This document shows positions 12,661-26,521 of a DNA stretch of 64,000 nt, one piece after another. This DNA is from Rhynchobatus australiae (Eukaryota), in the NCBI GenBank assembly GCA_034780895.1, contig JAUZTB010000017.1, positions 29,833,573 through 29,897,572 of the forward strand, in the 5' to 3' direction. Within the stretch, counting starts at the first letter, position 1. Each line of letters opens with the position of its first letter. Below the pieces are notes generated by a model, which saw nothing but the letters and a program-made list of their open reading frames with translations, made no database searches and was not told the origin of the DNA. The translations under genes were made by a program, and so were the position numbers.

Positions 12661-15600
12661 ATCTGCACTTAGCTGATCTGGACAGAGAGGACCAATCCTG
12701 CTGCTNNNNNNNNNNGTTTGGAGAGGCAAGGGGCCACCAGCCAGTGGAGAGAGGATTTCCCACTTCTGGAAACATTCTGCCAACTAACAAAAAGGTGCAA
12801 ACCAGCCTATACCATTTACAAATGCTGTAACTGATTTTTAACAACTTTCAAATGTATCTGACACTCAGTCCAGCATCAGAGCCAGATTGGGTATTCCTAA
12901 TCTGCCAGCAAGACCTAGGCTTTCATGTTTGACAGGGCACATGCTTCTAGTCAGAACCAGCAGTAATAGCCAGCAAGATCAGCCCAATGTTTATTCTACA
13001 ATGAAACATTTGAAATTTATCATTGCTACTTTATTTTACTCTATGGCTGTATAAGACCCTAAAATAAACTTGCAATTTTAGCTATCTGCACATGTACTCA
13101 AAGGAATTGTGTACTTAAACCCCTAGGTTCATGTGCATTCTTTCCTAGCTTGCCATTAAGGATATTTTTCTATTTCATGTTTTCCTCCCAAGCTACATTA
13201 TTTCAAACTTCTTCACTGCAGATTGCAACTTTCATTGTTTCAGTCCCTGAATGTGCCCTTTGCAGTCTCTACAGTTTGACAAGTTTTGTTTCATCAGGAA
13301 ATTTTGATATTTAATACTTAATCTAATAAAGCTCTTCAAGCAACAAAGTTTAAATAAAAAGTCAGGAGTCAAATATATCCAAAATATACAGGCAAAATGA
13401 AGGGCATCTATTGAAGCTGCTCAATGAGATTTTCAGNNNNNNNNNNGCCAAATGATGTTTGCACTGTACATATTAAATAAACTAATAAATCTTTAACTAT
13501 AGTACATCAGTACACCGAGTCTGCCGCTTATCTGAAAATAAGTTTATATTACTATATGTTAAAATGATTGTATAAACACATTTGTACACTACATGTACAT
13601 TTCCTAATCTAATGAAGCAAACAAATGACCACTAATTCAGTATTTTATACTTTGCATCCTTTATTTCTCAGCCATGTTGGTTTGAGGCACTGTCGCTTGA
13701 TACTTACGCAAATAAAAATTTTTATTTCAATAGAGGACTGAAGAAAATGAACATGCAACTAATTTCAGAGTGAATGCATGCAAACTTTCCACTGACATAG
13801 CATAAAGATAACTAGCAACAGGAACTTAATTTTCGCAGTTCCAGCAGGACTGACATAGATTAGTGCGAGACTGAAATGGGTCATTTCTATTTTGCTTGGT
13901 TCAGTGTCATACCGTCTCAGTGGTGGTGGGGTGGGGTGTAGAGACAGGGGTATCATGATGATGGTGGGAAAAATATCTCAATTTATTTTAAACGTTTTGT
14001 AGACAGCATCTGGAAGTTTTCTTCATTATTTTATTATTTAATTATATTCTGCTATAAATTACATTAAATAAAATTTAAGGATAGTCATCTTTGTAACAGT
14101 GCTTTCTAATCACACTGAATCGCTGACAAGCGTTTAAACCCTTATCATAACCTATGATTATTTAAAGGAGGTTATTTCAAAGACCAAGGGAATTGAAGGA
14201 TTCTATCAGCAGCAGTCTATAATCAGACCTGGCAAACAGTAACTCATTAATGAGGAGTTGCTGAATTATTTATAATACTTTCCTCCTTCATTAATTATGA
14301 TTCAAGGATCACATACACAAGGACATTCAATTCCCTGCTTTATCTACTGGAGCATTTCTTTATGTTTGAAATGACTCAGAGTTAGATTTGAGGTCTTTTA
14401 ATTTCATTGGATATCAGTTAATGCCTTGTTTTAGGGTTCAGTATTGCCAATTTCCAAAATCACAAGTCCTTTCAAAAAACACTAATTGGGTCAGGGATAA
14501 CAAGTAACCCCCAAACTAAGAGAACCGAGACATGCTCATTGCTACATTAAATACAATGGAAGATGGTCTCCACAACATCTGCAATGTAATACAATTGCTG
14601 TGGACTTCTATAAATGAATGAACTCCACCATTCAGACAGTCATAGCAACACAGCAAGTAAACAATATTCCAAAGGTTAGAAGTTGTGGATTATCTTAGTT
14701 AAATCTTAGTCATCCTCTGAAAGATCAAACTTCATAAATAAAGTCTTATTCAAAGTTACAAAATGAAAAATGAAATGAGGTGGGAAGAAACTCAGCAAGA
14801 GGACAAACAGAAAGCAAATGCAAGAAACTAAGTTGATGCTAGAGAGGTACAGACAGGTATGAATAGCAGAACTGTTGATAGCCTCAATACAAGGATCACA
14901 ATGCTCACTCAGTTTCCTCTTGTTTGGCTATACAGAAGAAATTCAGTTATTCTAAAGATCAGAACAAAAGAAAACCTCAATCATACAAATGAAGTTAAAA
15001 CTTGCAAAGACTTTACTCAAGACAGCCAAGTGGTTATGGTGAACATAAATATTCCCCCATCAGGAAACTGAATATCTAAGATTCCAAATCAAAAGGCAGA
15101 ACGAGAAATAAAATATATTTTTTCCTGTTTTAACACTTCAGGCAAAGTTGAACACCAGAGACCCAAAATATTCTGAAACAATTGAAGTCTGTATAAATCA
15201 CAACAGCTTCATATTATCATGTCCCAATCTGTTGTTATTTGGCCACTGATAGAGCCACAATACAAATAGAATCAGCTGGAGTAACTCACCCCAGTCTAGT
15301 GAATAGCTAGTTATTCTATAATCTAGCTTACTGGATTTAAAAAAAAATCATTGTTCTGAATCAAAACATCTAGATTTGCAATTGTCTTTCATTGTATTCA
15401 AACAGAATTTGAAACAATAATGTGATTTAAGATAAATTTCAGTGTTGCAATATCTGCAGAAACAAAATGCAGTTTTAAACAGAAATTTCAGATCTGGATT
15501 CAAATATGGCCCCTGGTAAACTAAATATGCCAATGTGGGTGGATCAAGCCTCTACTCAAACTGTATTACATTGTTGAGGTACTGTGCAAATAAGATAGCA

Positions 15601-17579
15601 TACCTCAGATCGTAGCACAGGAATTCAAGACAGATAAATTAGGATCTAATTAGTTAGTACTAATTTGCTTCTGGTCTGATTCTCACCAATTTAGCCATAT
15701 TTCTTGATGCTCAAGATAATATTTGTATGCTAAAATGGGAATGTGCACACCCTTCCCAAGTACAATTACTATAAATTAATAATTCATAAAACAGTATCAG
15801 ATTGATGACACTAATCAATGATTTTGTCCGAATTACACTTCAACTTTCATTGAGCAATATTGGAGGTATCCATGAAAACAACAAAAGATGGTTTGGATAC
15901 AGATTTAATGTCAAAGGAGGTTCAACTGATGGTTCAAGCGGTTCCATCAAGAGACCCAATTCCCAAAGTATGACTTAAGGTTTGCCCTATTTCCAATCCC
16001 AAATTTGCAAGTATAATAAAAACTGAATCCGACTCTTGAACTTGGGAAGGAAACTACATTTAAATTATTTTATCACGAAGTGAAGTAAACCATATGTGAA
16101 GATGCTTAACTTGTTTGGCACCTTTTTCCTTTCAGTTAATGAATCACAATTTCAGAGATAAGCTTTGAATTTCCAAGTCTGAAATATGTAAGTATCTTCA
16201 GGAGTAATAACACAATTTTGGAATTAATAGTTAAAAGATTATATCCTGAGAAAGGCTGACAACTTTATTTACAACGATGTAAGATGCTTCCCAGAGGTAT
16301 ATTCAGACAAACGTACACAATGAGTCAGAGCAAAGGTTAATAGGAGGGGTAACCACAAATTTAACTCAATGGCGTAAATATTGAGAAGATCCTTGAAGGA
16401 GATGTTAAAGCAAAGTAATTTAAAAAGACAAGAGCATGGAACATAGATGGATAAGCCACTAATGGGAGGGTGAAAGCACCACAGAGAGAATGACATGATG
16501 AGTCAGGACTTTAAGACTTGTTCCGTGCTCCAGGCCAAAGGGGGAGACACTATTGTCGAGGCTTGAGCTCATTGTGGAATCAGTCCATTCACTGTGGAAT
16601 ATTATTTTTCCCAAAGAACAAAAGTTTTGTAATGGCCAGACTTCAAAGAATATAATTCAGGTGGAAGTGTAACAATTTTAATACTTCTCCTCGAGAAGGA
16701 ATTTCACTCACAGGAAGATGAATTTAAAGCTTTCCCTTCTTCAGCACAAGACATTCTTCATCTGAATCAAATAACCTTCTCACAATTACCTTTGCAAATT
16801 GTCCAAGAAAAAAAATTGCCTCAAATCCCATCATTTCTGTGGAACAAAGTGGCCTCCATGAACAGTTTATTTCACTGAACTATCCATTCACCAATAGAGT
16901 GCAAGAAATCCCATTAAATACTGTAGATGATTCGTTTTCTTTTTGAACAGTTGCAGTCAACTTGATGTACGTTTGAAGTGAAAGATGAAAAGCCCTATTA
17001 CTTTAAAAGAAATTAACTTCTATCAGAAAGAAAGTAGAAGATGAGTCTAAAATCAAGATACATTCCCTTGGGACAGACCAGAAATTGTTACTTGTAGTTT
17101 TAATTTAAATTTCTCAGCATGGTTTCTAATCATTCTTTCAACAGATTCTCCTGAAGAAAATAAAGTTCCAATGTAGGCTGAAATATTAAACCAGGTAAGA
17201 AGAAGAAAAAAAAAGTCTGATGCAAATATAATTATATTTTCCCCAAGTATTTTAAATGAGCAATTAGATTGACATCAGGAAGACTTGAGGAATTAAGATC
17301 CAACTAGCCCAGTACAGTGTTCACTGGGATATTCAAAATCATTTCTGAGATCATACTGCAAGCAAGCAGAATGCACTTTATTAGGCCAGAATAGAGAAGG
17401 GATTGCTTTTATGATTCCTCAATGCCACTCAAAAGATGCTAGTTAGTTGCTTCAGCCAGAATAATGGGCCCAGGCAAATAAACAAGTTTATGAATCATGA
17501 AGTTGAAGGTGTTATCCTGGGAATTGTAATCAGTGCCAGAGTATAATCACTGAAAATAAAATGAGTCTGAAAGACACCG

Positions 17580-17850
17580 ACAGGTAGATCATAAGAGATT
17601 ATTTCCTCCGAGTCTCAAGTATCATCTCAGGATAAAGGGATGAGGAGAATTTCTTCAGTGAGTTGTGAAGCTTTGCAGTTCTCCTAAAGGGCTCACTGGT
17701 TGAATATATTCAGGGCAAAAATAGATCTCTGGATCCAAAAGGAGTCAAGAAATAAAGGGAAACAGAACCGGAAAATGGATGGGATGTAGAGAACTAGACA
17801 CGGTCTTACTAAATGATACAACAAACTTAAGGGACATTATAGCTTCCTCC
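17580..17850 (+). mobile_element. Degenerate CR1 3' fragment
   Basis: aggtagat...tatttcctc...tgaggagaatttcttcagtgagttgtgaa...atattcagggcaaaaatagat. Confidence 0.5.
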
Positions 17851-19132
17851 TCCTCCTCCTAGTTATTAAAGTCTCAAACACTGATATTAATAGGAGTCAG
17901 CTGGTTTCTGTTACAAGCAAATCCAAAACCTGACCTGTAACAGTTGTGGATAAGTATGACAGATATTAATCAGAATTGTTGTGGCCTTGGTTAGCTCTCA
18001 GACTTGTATGGAATAAAAGCTAGTTAAGTAGGACTGGTACAATGATTCCTGCAACACTGATTGATCACCATTTTTGCCTGAAACTGCAGTTGCTCATATG
18101 GGACTTGATTTATTGCATCAGATGACAGATTGTATTGGCTGACATATTAAATCATCGTAGCGGCTTTTGCCCTGTTGCAGTTTCCACCAGAAAAACAAGA
18201 GCCTTAAGATTTCATATCACACTAACTCCTACAGCACCTTGAGAGGACAGTGGCATGACCAGTGCTGCTTTTTGGTTAATAAATGTGACAAAAATGATTA
18301 AACTTTTGCACAGTGTTGCCATGGAGCAGAAAGCAACACATGATTCCTTATGTTTAAAACTCATTAATGCAAGCTGTTATTATTATTTGTAACATTTAAA
18401 TACTAGTTGAAAGGAAAAACGTAAAACACACCTTTGAGGGTCAATTGCATATGGTCTGGTTAATAACAATTTTCCTTTTTACATGTTTTAATAACATTTC
18501 TACCAGTTATGAAAAAGTACATATGCATTCAAGATGTACACATCCACGCAAAGACCACTGCAAGAACATAGACAATGTCCAAGTCACTTTCCTCAACCCA
18601 CTTCACCCAGCCACCACCCTTGCTTTGGTGGTAAGCTACTTATTTACGTACATAATGCTGTTAAAGCTGCAAACACAAATACTTGTGCAGATAAAAGTAC
18701 AATAGCTACTAATCAAGTAAATTATTGACCTACAAATGGATTTGCACGTACCAGTCACGAGCAACTTAAAAAAAAGTTTCTTATTCATATCCACAACTTG
18801 CTGTATAAAATTGTTCAAGTGAAATGGACTGTACGTGTAACACAGAACAGGACATTGCACTTGCTCCTTGCCAAAATTAGTCTCATGGATAATTTTTAGT
18901 CAAACTAGCTTAATTTATCATGTATCACATGATGCAATAATTACACATATTAAAATATACTTGTAGATTAAATATTACATAAAATACCTTTCCCTGCAAT
19001 AAATCAGCACTCTCTGTGCCAAGAGGTTTACTTGCTTAACTACTTGTAATATTTAAAACCATTTGAGTAAAGGTAAATGCTCCATACCCCACAACACAAG
19101 AAATTACTACAGGAAAGAATAATAGTACTTAC

Positions 19133-19192
19133 TATTATTTAGTGCCACAAGATTATCTGTTCCAGGGTGAGGAAAATTAAGGCCCAAACGTC
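19133..19192 (-). CDS. CPEB3: CPEB3 third coding exon (60 nt)
   Basis: ttttacag|GACGTTTGGGC...CTAAATAATA|gtaagt; phase 1/1; encodes (G)RLGLNFPHPGTDNLVALNN, homologous to mammalian GRMGINFHHPGTDNIMALN. Not in the ORF track. Confidence 0.95.
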
Positions 19193-21054
19193 CTGTAAAA
19201 TAAAACAGCTACTGAAATGTTGCTAGTGAATTTCTGAAAGCTATTTTCCCTCAGTAATTTAAATTACCATTCTTCTCACTAAGCAATTAAAAGACATTAG
19301 TTCAAGGCCAAGGAACATGTCAGTTATCCTGACAACATTCAATTAAATTCAAGTTGAAAAACAGTTGGTTAATATTAATTAAGTCAAAGAATCTATATAG
19401 CCATAATCCAAAAATCTGCATGGAAAAGAAAATCTGCTTGAAAAAAATTTTAGCCCAATATTAAAGCAACTGTATATAGTCAGTCTCTAATTAGAGACAT
19501 TACTGCACAACACCTCAATGTCGATAAAATAAAATGTTTAGATAATAGTCCCATCCATTCCTAACTTACGATGCAAAATATTGATTTATCATCTTGCAGC
19601 TATTTTATTTTCAAATCTACTTGAACTGCCAAAGACAATACTAACTCAAAATTCCAAAGATGTCACTAGCAGCTAAGCAGCCAAAAATAACATTGAAAGT
19701 CACAGAGTAAACAAAAAAAGTTTTTATCAATGTATGCTCCACAAGATTATCTGTTAAAAATCTACTGCTAATGCAAGATAGAGAACTTTATCNNNNNNNN
19801 NNNNNNNNNNNNNNNNNNNNNNNNNNNNNNNNNNNNNNNNNNNNNNNNNNNNNNNNNNNNNNNNNNNNNNNNNNNNNNNNNNNNNNNNNNNNAGATGCTC
19901 CAAATGAAGAAATTTTAATTTTCCTGATTTTGCCGACAAATGCAAAGCAACGACCTTCAACTCTAATCTCAAAAAAAGCTTTCCCTATAGTTTTATTGAA
20001 CTCTGGAGCGCAAACTTCTATTTCAAGGTCAGTTTAGATTCAATGCTTTCCATAGGGGATCTTTGACATTCAGCAATTGGTCCTATAGCAGCCAGACTGA
20101 TCTGCCAACTATACTAAAGAATTCTCAGAGCCAGCCTGGAAATAAAAACAAAATGATGCAAGTATGATTTACATCCCATTGTGTGATTTTAAAAAGGGTC
20201 AACAGAAGGGATTTAAAGTGTATTAAGATGTTTTACTTTTGTTTTAAATCTGCATTTTTTTTTAAAACATTATCTTAAGGATTGAGACTCCACACATGCA
20301 AAATTAGATTTTCAGGGCCAGTGAAGTTGTTCAACAGTAGATGTGATTTTAGTATGCATTCAAAAGCTTGAACTGATCAATACAACTTTTCCATGGCTCC
20401 TTATAGAAAAGAAGTGGAAAACTTGTTTGAGTTCACAAGAAGTTGATGATTTCTATTTTGGTATCACAGACAGCAGTTTCTGAGCTTTGGTTGAATTGCA
20501 CAAGTGTGAACATCAAAAGGTACTGTTAGAGACATTCTGGGCCAATATGTTTTTAGTTAATTTATAATTAAACTTCAGTTAACTGTAGTTAAAACAGTTA
20601 CCTTGTTGTGATTAGGATTGAGAGAATACTCAAAACTGTCTAAATATATCCTGTTTCCATAAACATGACCATTCTTTGTTGTCAGTTTCACTGACTACAT
20701 GTAAACTAATCAGGTCAAAGTGTACTTGAGAAATGTCTATAAACTACCAAAGTCAAGGGTGTGTATTATATTTAATAGACAGCCTATCAAGCATGCTTTC
20801 TTCTGGTAAATCTTTCAGTGTAGCTTAAATGCAGCACGAGACAAATGCAGTTCCTATTCTTATTGTGTGTCAAATATTCATGAAAAAGGATTTTGTTTAC
20901 ACTCGTGTTATTAAATGGTAATATCTCAATTGACTGACCACTAGAAATAACATGGTATCAAAATCTCCCTTTCAAAGTAGCAAATTTCCCTATTCTCTTG
21001 TTTGAACTTTGGCTACAAAGAGTAGCTAAAGGTAATCCCATATCATCCACTTAA

Positions 21055-21310
21055 TAAAAACAGAAATTATGGAAGTGCTCAGCAGGCCAGACAGCATCTG
21101 CAGAAAGAGAAACAGAGTTAACATTTCGGGTCAAAGAACGATCACCACAACCAGGAAGAAAAGAAAAACAAGTTAGTCTTCCCCAGTTCAGATGAAGGGT
21201 CTTTGACCCGAAACATTAACTCTGTTTCTCTTTCTGTAGATGCTAACCAACCCAGAGGGTCTCTAGCAACTTAAGTTTTTATTTTGGATTTGCAGCATCT
21301 GCAGTTTTTT
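21055..21310. mobile_element. Inverted pair of Penelope-type terminal repeats (fold-back element)
   Basis: 45-nt arms 21093-21137 and 21200-21244 are reverse-complementary with 3 mismatches; hammerhead-like core at 21184-21221. Confidence 0.85.
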
Positions 21311-23614
21311 TAAATTTTCAAGCTATCAGAGATATAACTACCACTAAAAATCAGTGTTAATATTTTGGATGTTTTTTTAAAAAGATATTCCTCATGTCAA
21401 ATAATAATCAAACTTCTTGCTGTGCATACTTCTGCTTCTATGCATAATGCAACTCATGCCTAATATTGCCAAGACAATGGTTGGACATCACTATATGCTT
21501 AAAATTGGAGTGGGCAAAAGAACCTGGCAGATATATCATGTGTTTTCCAGTGTATTTTACAATAACTGGAGACAACAATTCCATTCACAGTAATATTAGA
21601 GCATACCCGTTTCAGTTCACAGAGGCACAATAATATTTACCTTAAAAGGTACAATTTGAAACTAATAAATCAACAAGGATCAGCAGATGGTACACACAAG
21701 TGCGTGAGGGCCAATTTAACAATAAGAATATAATGGGCTCCGACAAGATGCTTGAAGTTTATTTGAACTACAGGAAGCATTTTAAGCTATTGATATTAAA
21801 AAAATTCAATTAATTTCTTCTCCCCTTTCATTTTGATTTGAAATTAAACTGTTTATGTAGTTCACACAACTTTATCAATTATGATAATATTTGCCTATCC
21901 CCTAAAAAATGGAAGTTCAAAGATAAAGAAGCAATTTATTCCATGGCACTCATGGATTAGAACTTGCAAGATTTTTAAAAAAGTAGTAATAGAAGCCAAG
22001 ACATATGACACAGAGGCTCCACCGTCTAAACATTTTCCAACTAAGACGAGCTAGCAAACTTTGATGGTTTTCATTTTCACAGGTTTTTTTTTAATGTTTG
22101 CGCACTACATGCAAGAACCCTTGAATACTGCAACTTTCAAACCTGCAAAGTGACTTGAACAAGCTTGATAGGAAATAGAATTGCTATTTAGTGCACATAA
22201 TACAAGAACAGCATGCAAATATTCTTACACTAACTTAAAATCCTTCAGCTTTGTTCTCTATGGTTTAGTGATGCAGGTTTTTTTTGCTTTGGGCAAACAC
22301 AAGATTTGCAGCACTAAACCATAGACAATAGTCATGGGCTAAAGCATTCAACCTCAATTTTGTGTGCAGTGAGTATTTGCAATATGGTAATGGGAGCTAC
22401 TTGGTANNNNNNNNNNNNNNNNNNNNNNNNNNNNNNNNNNNNNNNNNNNNNNNNNNNNNNNNNNNNNNNNNNNNNNNNNNNNNNNNNNNNNNNNNNNNNN
22501 NNNNNNNNNNNNNNNNNNNNNNNNNNNNNNNNNNNNNNNNNNNNNNNNNNNNNNNNNNNNNNNNNNNNNNNNNNNNNNNAAGACAAGCTTTTCACTGTAC
22601 CTCAGTACAAGTGACAATAATAAACCAATACATTTTAAAGTCAAGCATCTTGGCCACTCTTTAAAAAGCTTAGTCCATTAAAATTATATTTCACGTCAAC
22701 TTATTTGTAATCAGCCAATGCTAATCTCTAGCCCACTTTCTGGAATTTTATCTCAAATGCCTCCTTCCTGCTCCATCTTTTGAATAAAACTCCACACAGC
22801 TCATTTTCATTGATGAAGCTTTCACCCACATCATCTAATTGTCTCACTGCACTACTTGCTCCACATCAATTACTTCATTTTCTTCTCCCCATCTTCAACT
22901 GTGAAAAGGTTTGAAATATTTTCTGTGTTAGAGATGCTAAATGAAAGCAGACAATCACAACTGAGTATTGAAAAATAAACACAAATAGCTCCCACTTGTG
23001 TTTTGCACATACTCTCTGGTTTGGTGGAAGAGGCAGATATGAGGGTCTGATAACTTTTTTGACAAAAATTTCCCCCTTGGAGTATGGAAAGCTTTAGAGA
23101 TGTGGTGTTACCAAATAAAAATTAGAGGAAAAAAAGTGAATCTAATCCTCACAGCAAAAGGAAAAAAGGCTGGACTCCACACAAAGAATTCAAGGATATT
23201 GAAAAATAGTGTCATGCATCTGAGGGAACAATGGGGAATTTAGACATTTTCAGCCACACTAAAGGTGAACTTAAATGCAAAACAGCAAATTGTACAAGAT
23301 AACTATTTTTCAGATCTGCTTCCTTGCATTTGCAAAGGTACACAAATTCGTGATTATTTCAGTTTAAGTTACCGGGGCATATATTTCAAGAACATGTATC
23401 TTGTACTATTTAGCAGCTGTAACATAGAAAGAATTTTACATATTCATTGTGCCTGCAAGAGAAAAATATTGCGGACTGGTCAATTGTTTACTTTGTGAGG
23501 AAATTAATTTCCTTCTCTCTAACTGGAAGAATAAATTCAAATCCAATCTTCTACCCATCAGTTATGTTAATAAGAGAACACACTGAAGGGAGGACCGAAA
23601 GAGACCAAAGCTCA

Positions 23615-24010
23615 GGAGTATCACTCTCACCTCCACATCAGAAGGTTGCATGTTCAAGACTCACTCCATGGACTTCAGCACATCATCTAGGCTGACACCT
23701 CAGTAATGTAGATTGGATGCTGCATGGATGAAGGTTTTTGTTTCGGTACACCCAGCCCCCTTGTATTCTCTCACGTGGGCACAGAGAATCCCATGACATT
23801 ATTCAGAAAGCCATCACCTGGCTAATAATAATCCCTCAGCCAACACATTGCAGCATATGATCTCTTTTCTATTTGTGGGACGTTGCAGTGTGCAAATTGC
23901 CTTTCACACTTCCCAACATTACAGGAGTACCCTTCAAAAGTACTTAGCTTCACAGTCAATAACAGGAATATCCTGAAGTCAGCAAAATGTGACGAATAAA
24001 TGCATATTAT
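23615..24010 (+). mobile_element. Deu-domain SINE (SacSINE1/AmnSINE1-like)
   Basis: tRNA-like head (tcagaaggttg..tgttcaag), central atcccatgacattattcagaa and tgtgcaaattg, tail ...aataaatgca; similar to 61335-61650. Confidence 0.7.
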
Positions 24011-24239
24011 TTTTTGACCCTGGGAAAATTTTTAGCAAGAGTAACAGAGGAAGAAAAGGAAGTTTCACAGTACAAACTGTTTGATGGTCAAAAGCCCAGC
24101 ACTGGGGAGAAGGAATTAAATATACCACAGGCCAATCTGTGATGCCGATGGTCCGNNNNNNNNNNNNNNNNNNNNNNNNNNNNNNNNNNNNNNNNNNNNN
24201 NNNNNNNNNNNNNNNNNNNNNAAATTAGTACGTTGTATG

Positions 24240-24530
24240 ATAAGTGGCCACCAGAAGAGAGCAGGACAAGGGTAATCCTGAGGGGAATCTTTAAAAGGTC
24301 AATGAAAACCAACAACTGAAGTTCATGTGTGGAATTGTAATGGCCCTGAGGACAATGTTGGAAGTATTGGGGTGGCTGAAGTGAAGTGTAAAGATACATT
24401 TAATGGGAGGCTAGACAAGCATGAGAGAGGAGGATTCAGAGAGCTGTCAAATTTAGAGGCGGCTCAAGTGGAACATAAATGCTAGCAAGGACTGGTTAGG
24501 TCAAACGGCCTGATTCTGTATAGTGTATCC
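24240..24530 (+). mobile_element. Degenerate CR1 3' fragment
   Basis: atttaatgggaggctagacaagcatg (FxGRLDKH-like) and tail ggttaggtcaaacggcctgattctgta. Confidence 0.55.
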
Positions 24531-26361
24531 GATGTCAAAGCAAGAGCTGGCAAAGGCATGGATGGAACTTTCAGCTGTGTATTTATTTTAAAAAGTCCTT
24601 CAATTAATGTTTTTCTAAAATGCTTCCTTGTAGAAAACACCAGCACCCACCTCAACCTTGTGTTAATTCAGGGAGTTAATAAACTTCTAATTATTTTTTG
24701 ATCCATAAGTAATGTTATGGTGTCAAGGCCAAACCTCCAACATATAGGTTCACCATTTACNNNNNNNNNNNNNNNNNNNNNNNNNNNNNNNNNNNNNNNN
24801 NNNNNNNNNNNNNNNNNNNNNNNNNNNNNNNNNNNNNNNNNNNNNNNNNNNNNNNNNNNNNNNNNAATCCTGCTAACCATACCTTTAAAACCACTATGGA
24901 ATTAATGATAGTAGTTGTACTTTCCCCAAAACAGTGATGCTTTTCTGCAACTCCATTCAGTCATTCACACAATAAACTGTAGTGTTTAAACAGCAGAAAT
25001 TATTTTAAAAGCAAATTGTTACTGGATCCCCTAGAGCATACTTAAATGCGACCTAGTAAATCTTGAATAATTGAATCATTCCAGTTTTATCCTTTCAATA
25101 ACTGATGACATTTCACTCAGTCCTGTCTTTTCTACAGTTTTATCTTTGGTATTGCTCAAAAGACCTTTAAACTGTGTTGGCAACACTTGTGCTAGTCCTC
25201 TGTCAATATTTTTTTTAAGAAAGACAGCAGCAAATACAAATTTTGACTGGTAACCATTTACAATTGCAGCTTGAGCAACAAACTGATTTCATCAGAGGGA
25301 TAGATAGGGTAGTTGTTTGTTAACTAAGTTTAACCAACAAATACTTTGAGTTTTACCAAGATGAAATGCCTTCTTCTGAGAACTGAATGCAAACTGCATG
25401 TGTCAAGTCAATTACATTCAGTGAAAATATGAACTTCATCAACTACAATATTTAATTTTTGCATAGTTAGAAATTGCTTAGATAAAGGAGTTTCCTTAAA
25501 AATCAACTGCTGTGTCAGTTCTTCTGCAAGCAAAATAACTTTTTTTGAACCAGAATAACCTTAAAACCTTGCATACATGTACTTATACATAAGACAATAA
25601 ACTCCATTTTTGATTTTGAAAAGTGGTGGTCCAAATAGATTTAATCAGAACTTGGTAAGAAAGTATTTAGAAAAGAAAAATAGCTTGCTTTACACATTAG
25701 CTTTCAAGAACCCTGATGTCCCTAAGCAATTCATAAACAATGCCATATTCACTGTTGAACTGTTGGGAAAATATTCTTGTATTCAATAGCCAAAGTTCAT
25801 CGAGAACTAATAAGAGAGTAAAATAGAGTAACAAAAAGATCACTGGCAAAATGTAAACCAGAAATAACACACTGTTATTCCAAAAATGCTTTTAAAGTTA
25901 TCCAAGAAATGAACTGAATTTAAAAAGAATTTGCAGCTGAAAACTGACATACATTTGGGTTTTTACTCACTTATTGATCATCTGAACCAGAAATCTAAGA
26001 ATGAATATATGAGGGGGAGGAAATCTCAAAATTTTAAAAGCACAATATTTTTGATCCATGAAAAGTATGAAAATGTTAATAGTTGTCCTAAACTAGCATT
26101 TTGTCAACACACAAAAATTGTTTTATTGAGAAACATATGGATTAATCAAAATAAATTAGCAGTTATGAAGGTTTGTTTTAAATGTTCTCAAAAACCAACT
26201 GGGAAGTCCTCCCCATTTTGCAATTAGAAACAAAAAATATGGAATCTGAAACAGCAAATTATTTCAACAATTAACCAAAAACATACATTTAACATGCAAA
26301 ACCAAAGCATCACTTAAAAATTTTATATAGTGTCCATATTAAAAATAAGAAATTTGCTAAC

Positions 26362-26521
26362 CTGCAAAGTGATTCCTCCACATTATGTCAGCAATAGTCA
26401 TTGGTGGGCCACTGGGGGGATAGTGTTTACCTTTCATAGGTTCATGGTCACTCCTCATAATATCCATTAAGGAATTCTCCAAAGAGTGCAAGTTAAATGC
26501 ATCATAGGGCCGATTCCGGTC
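26362..26521 (-). CDS. CPEB3: CPEB3 second coding exon (160 nt), with an internal alternative donor giving a 91-nt form (26431-26521)
   Basis: Acceptor ttacag|GAC; encodes DRNRPYDAFNLHSLENSLMDIMRSDHEPMKGKHYPPSGPPMTIADIMWRNHFA(G); donor CAG|gttagc; internal AAG|gtaaac. Phase 0 start matches the upstream exon. Confidence 0.97.

Noticed and set aside
13701-13960. Minus-strand donor-like sites (gtaagt after 13708, gtatga after 13913) with two UGCAUG at 13752 and 13777
   Set aside because: No convincing matching acceptor (only a GAG giving a 3-nt exon); insufficient support for an exon.
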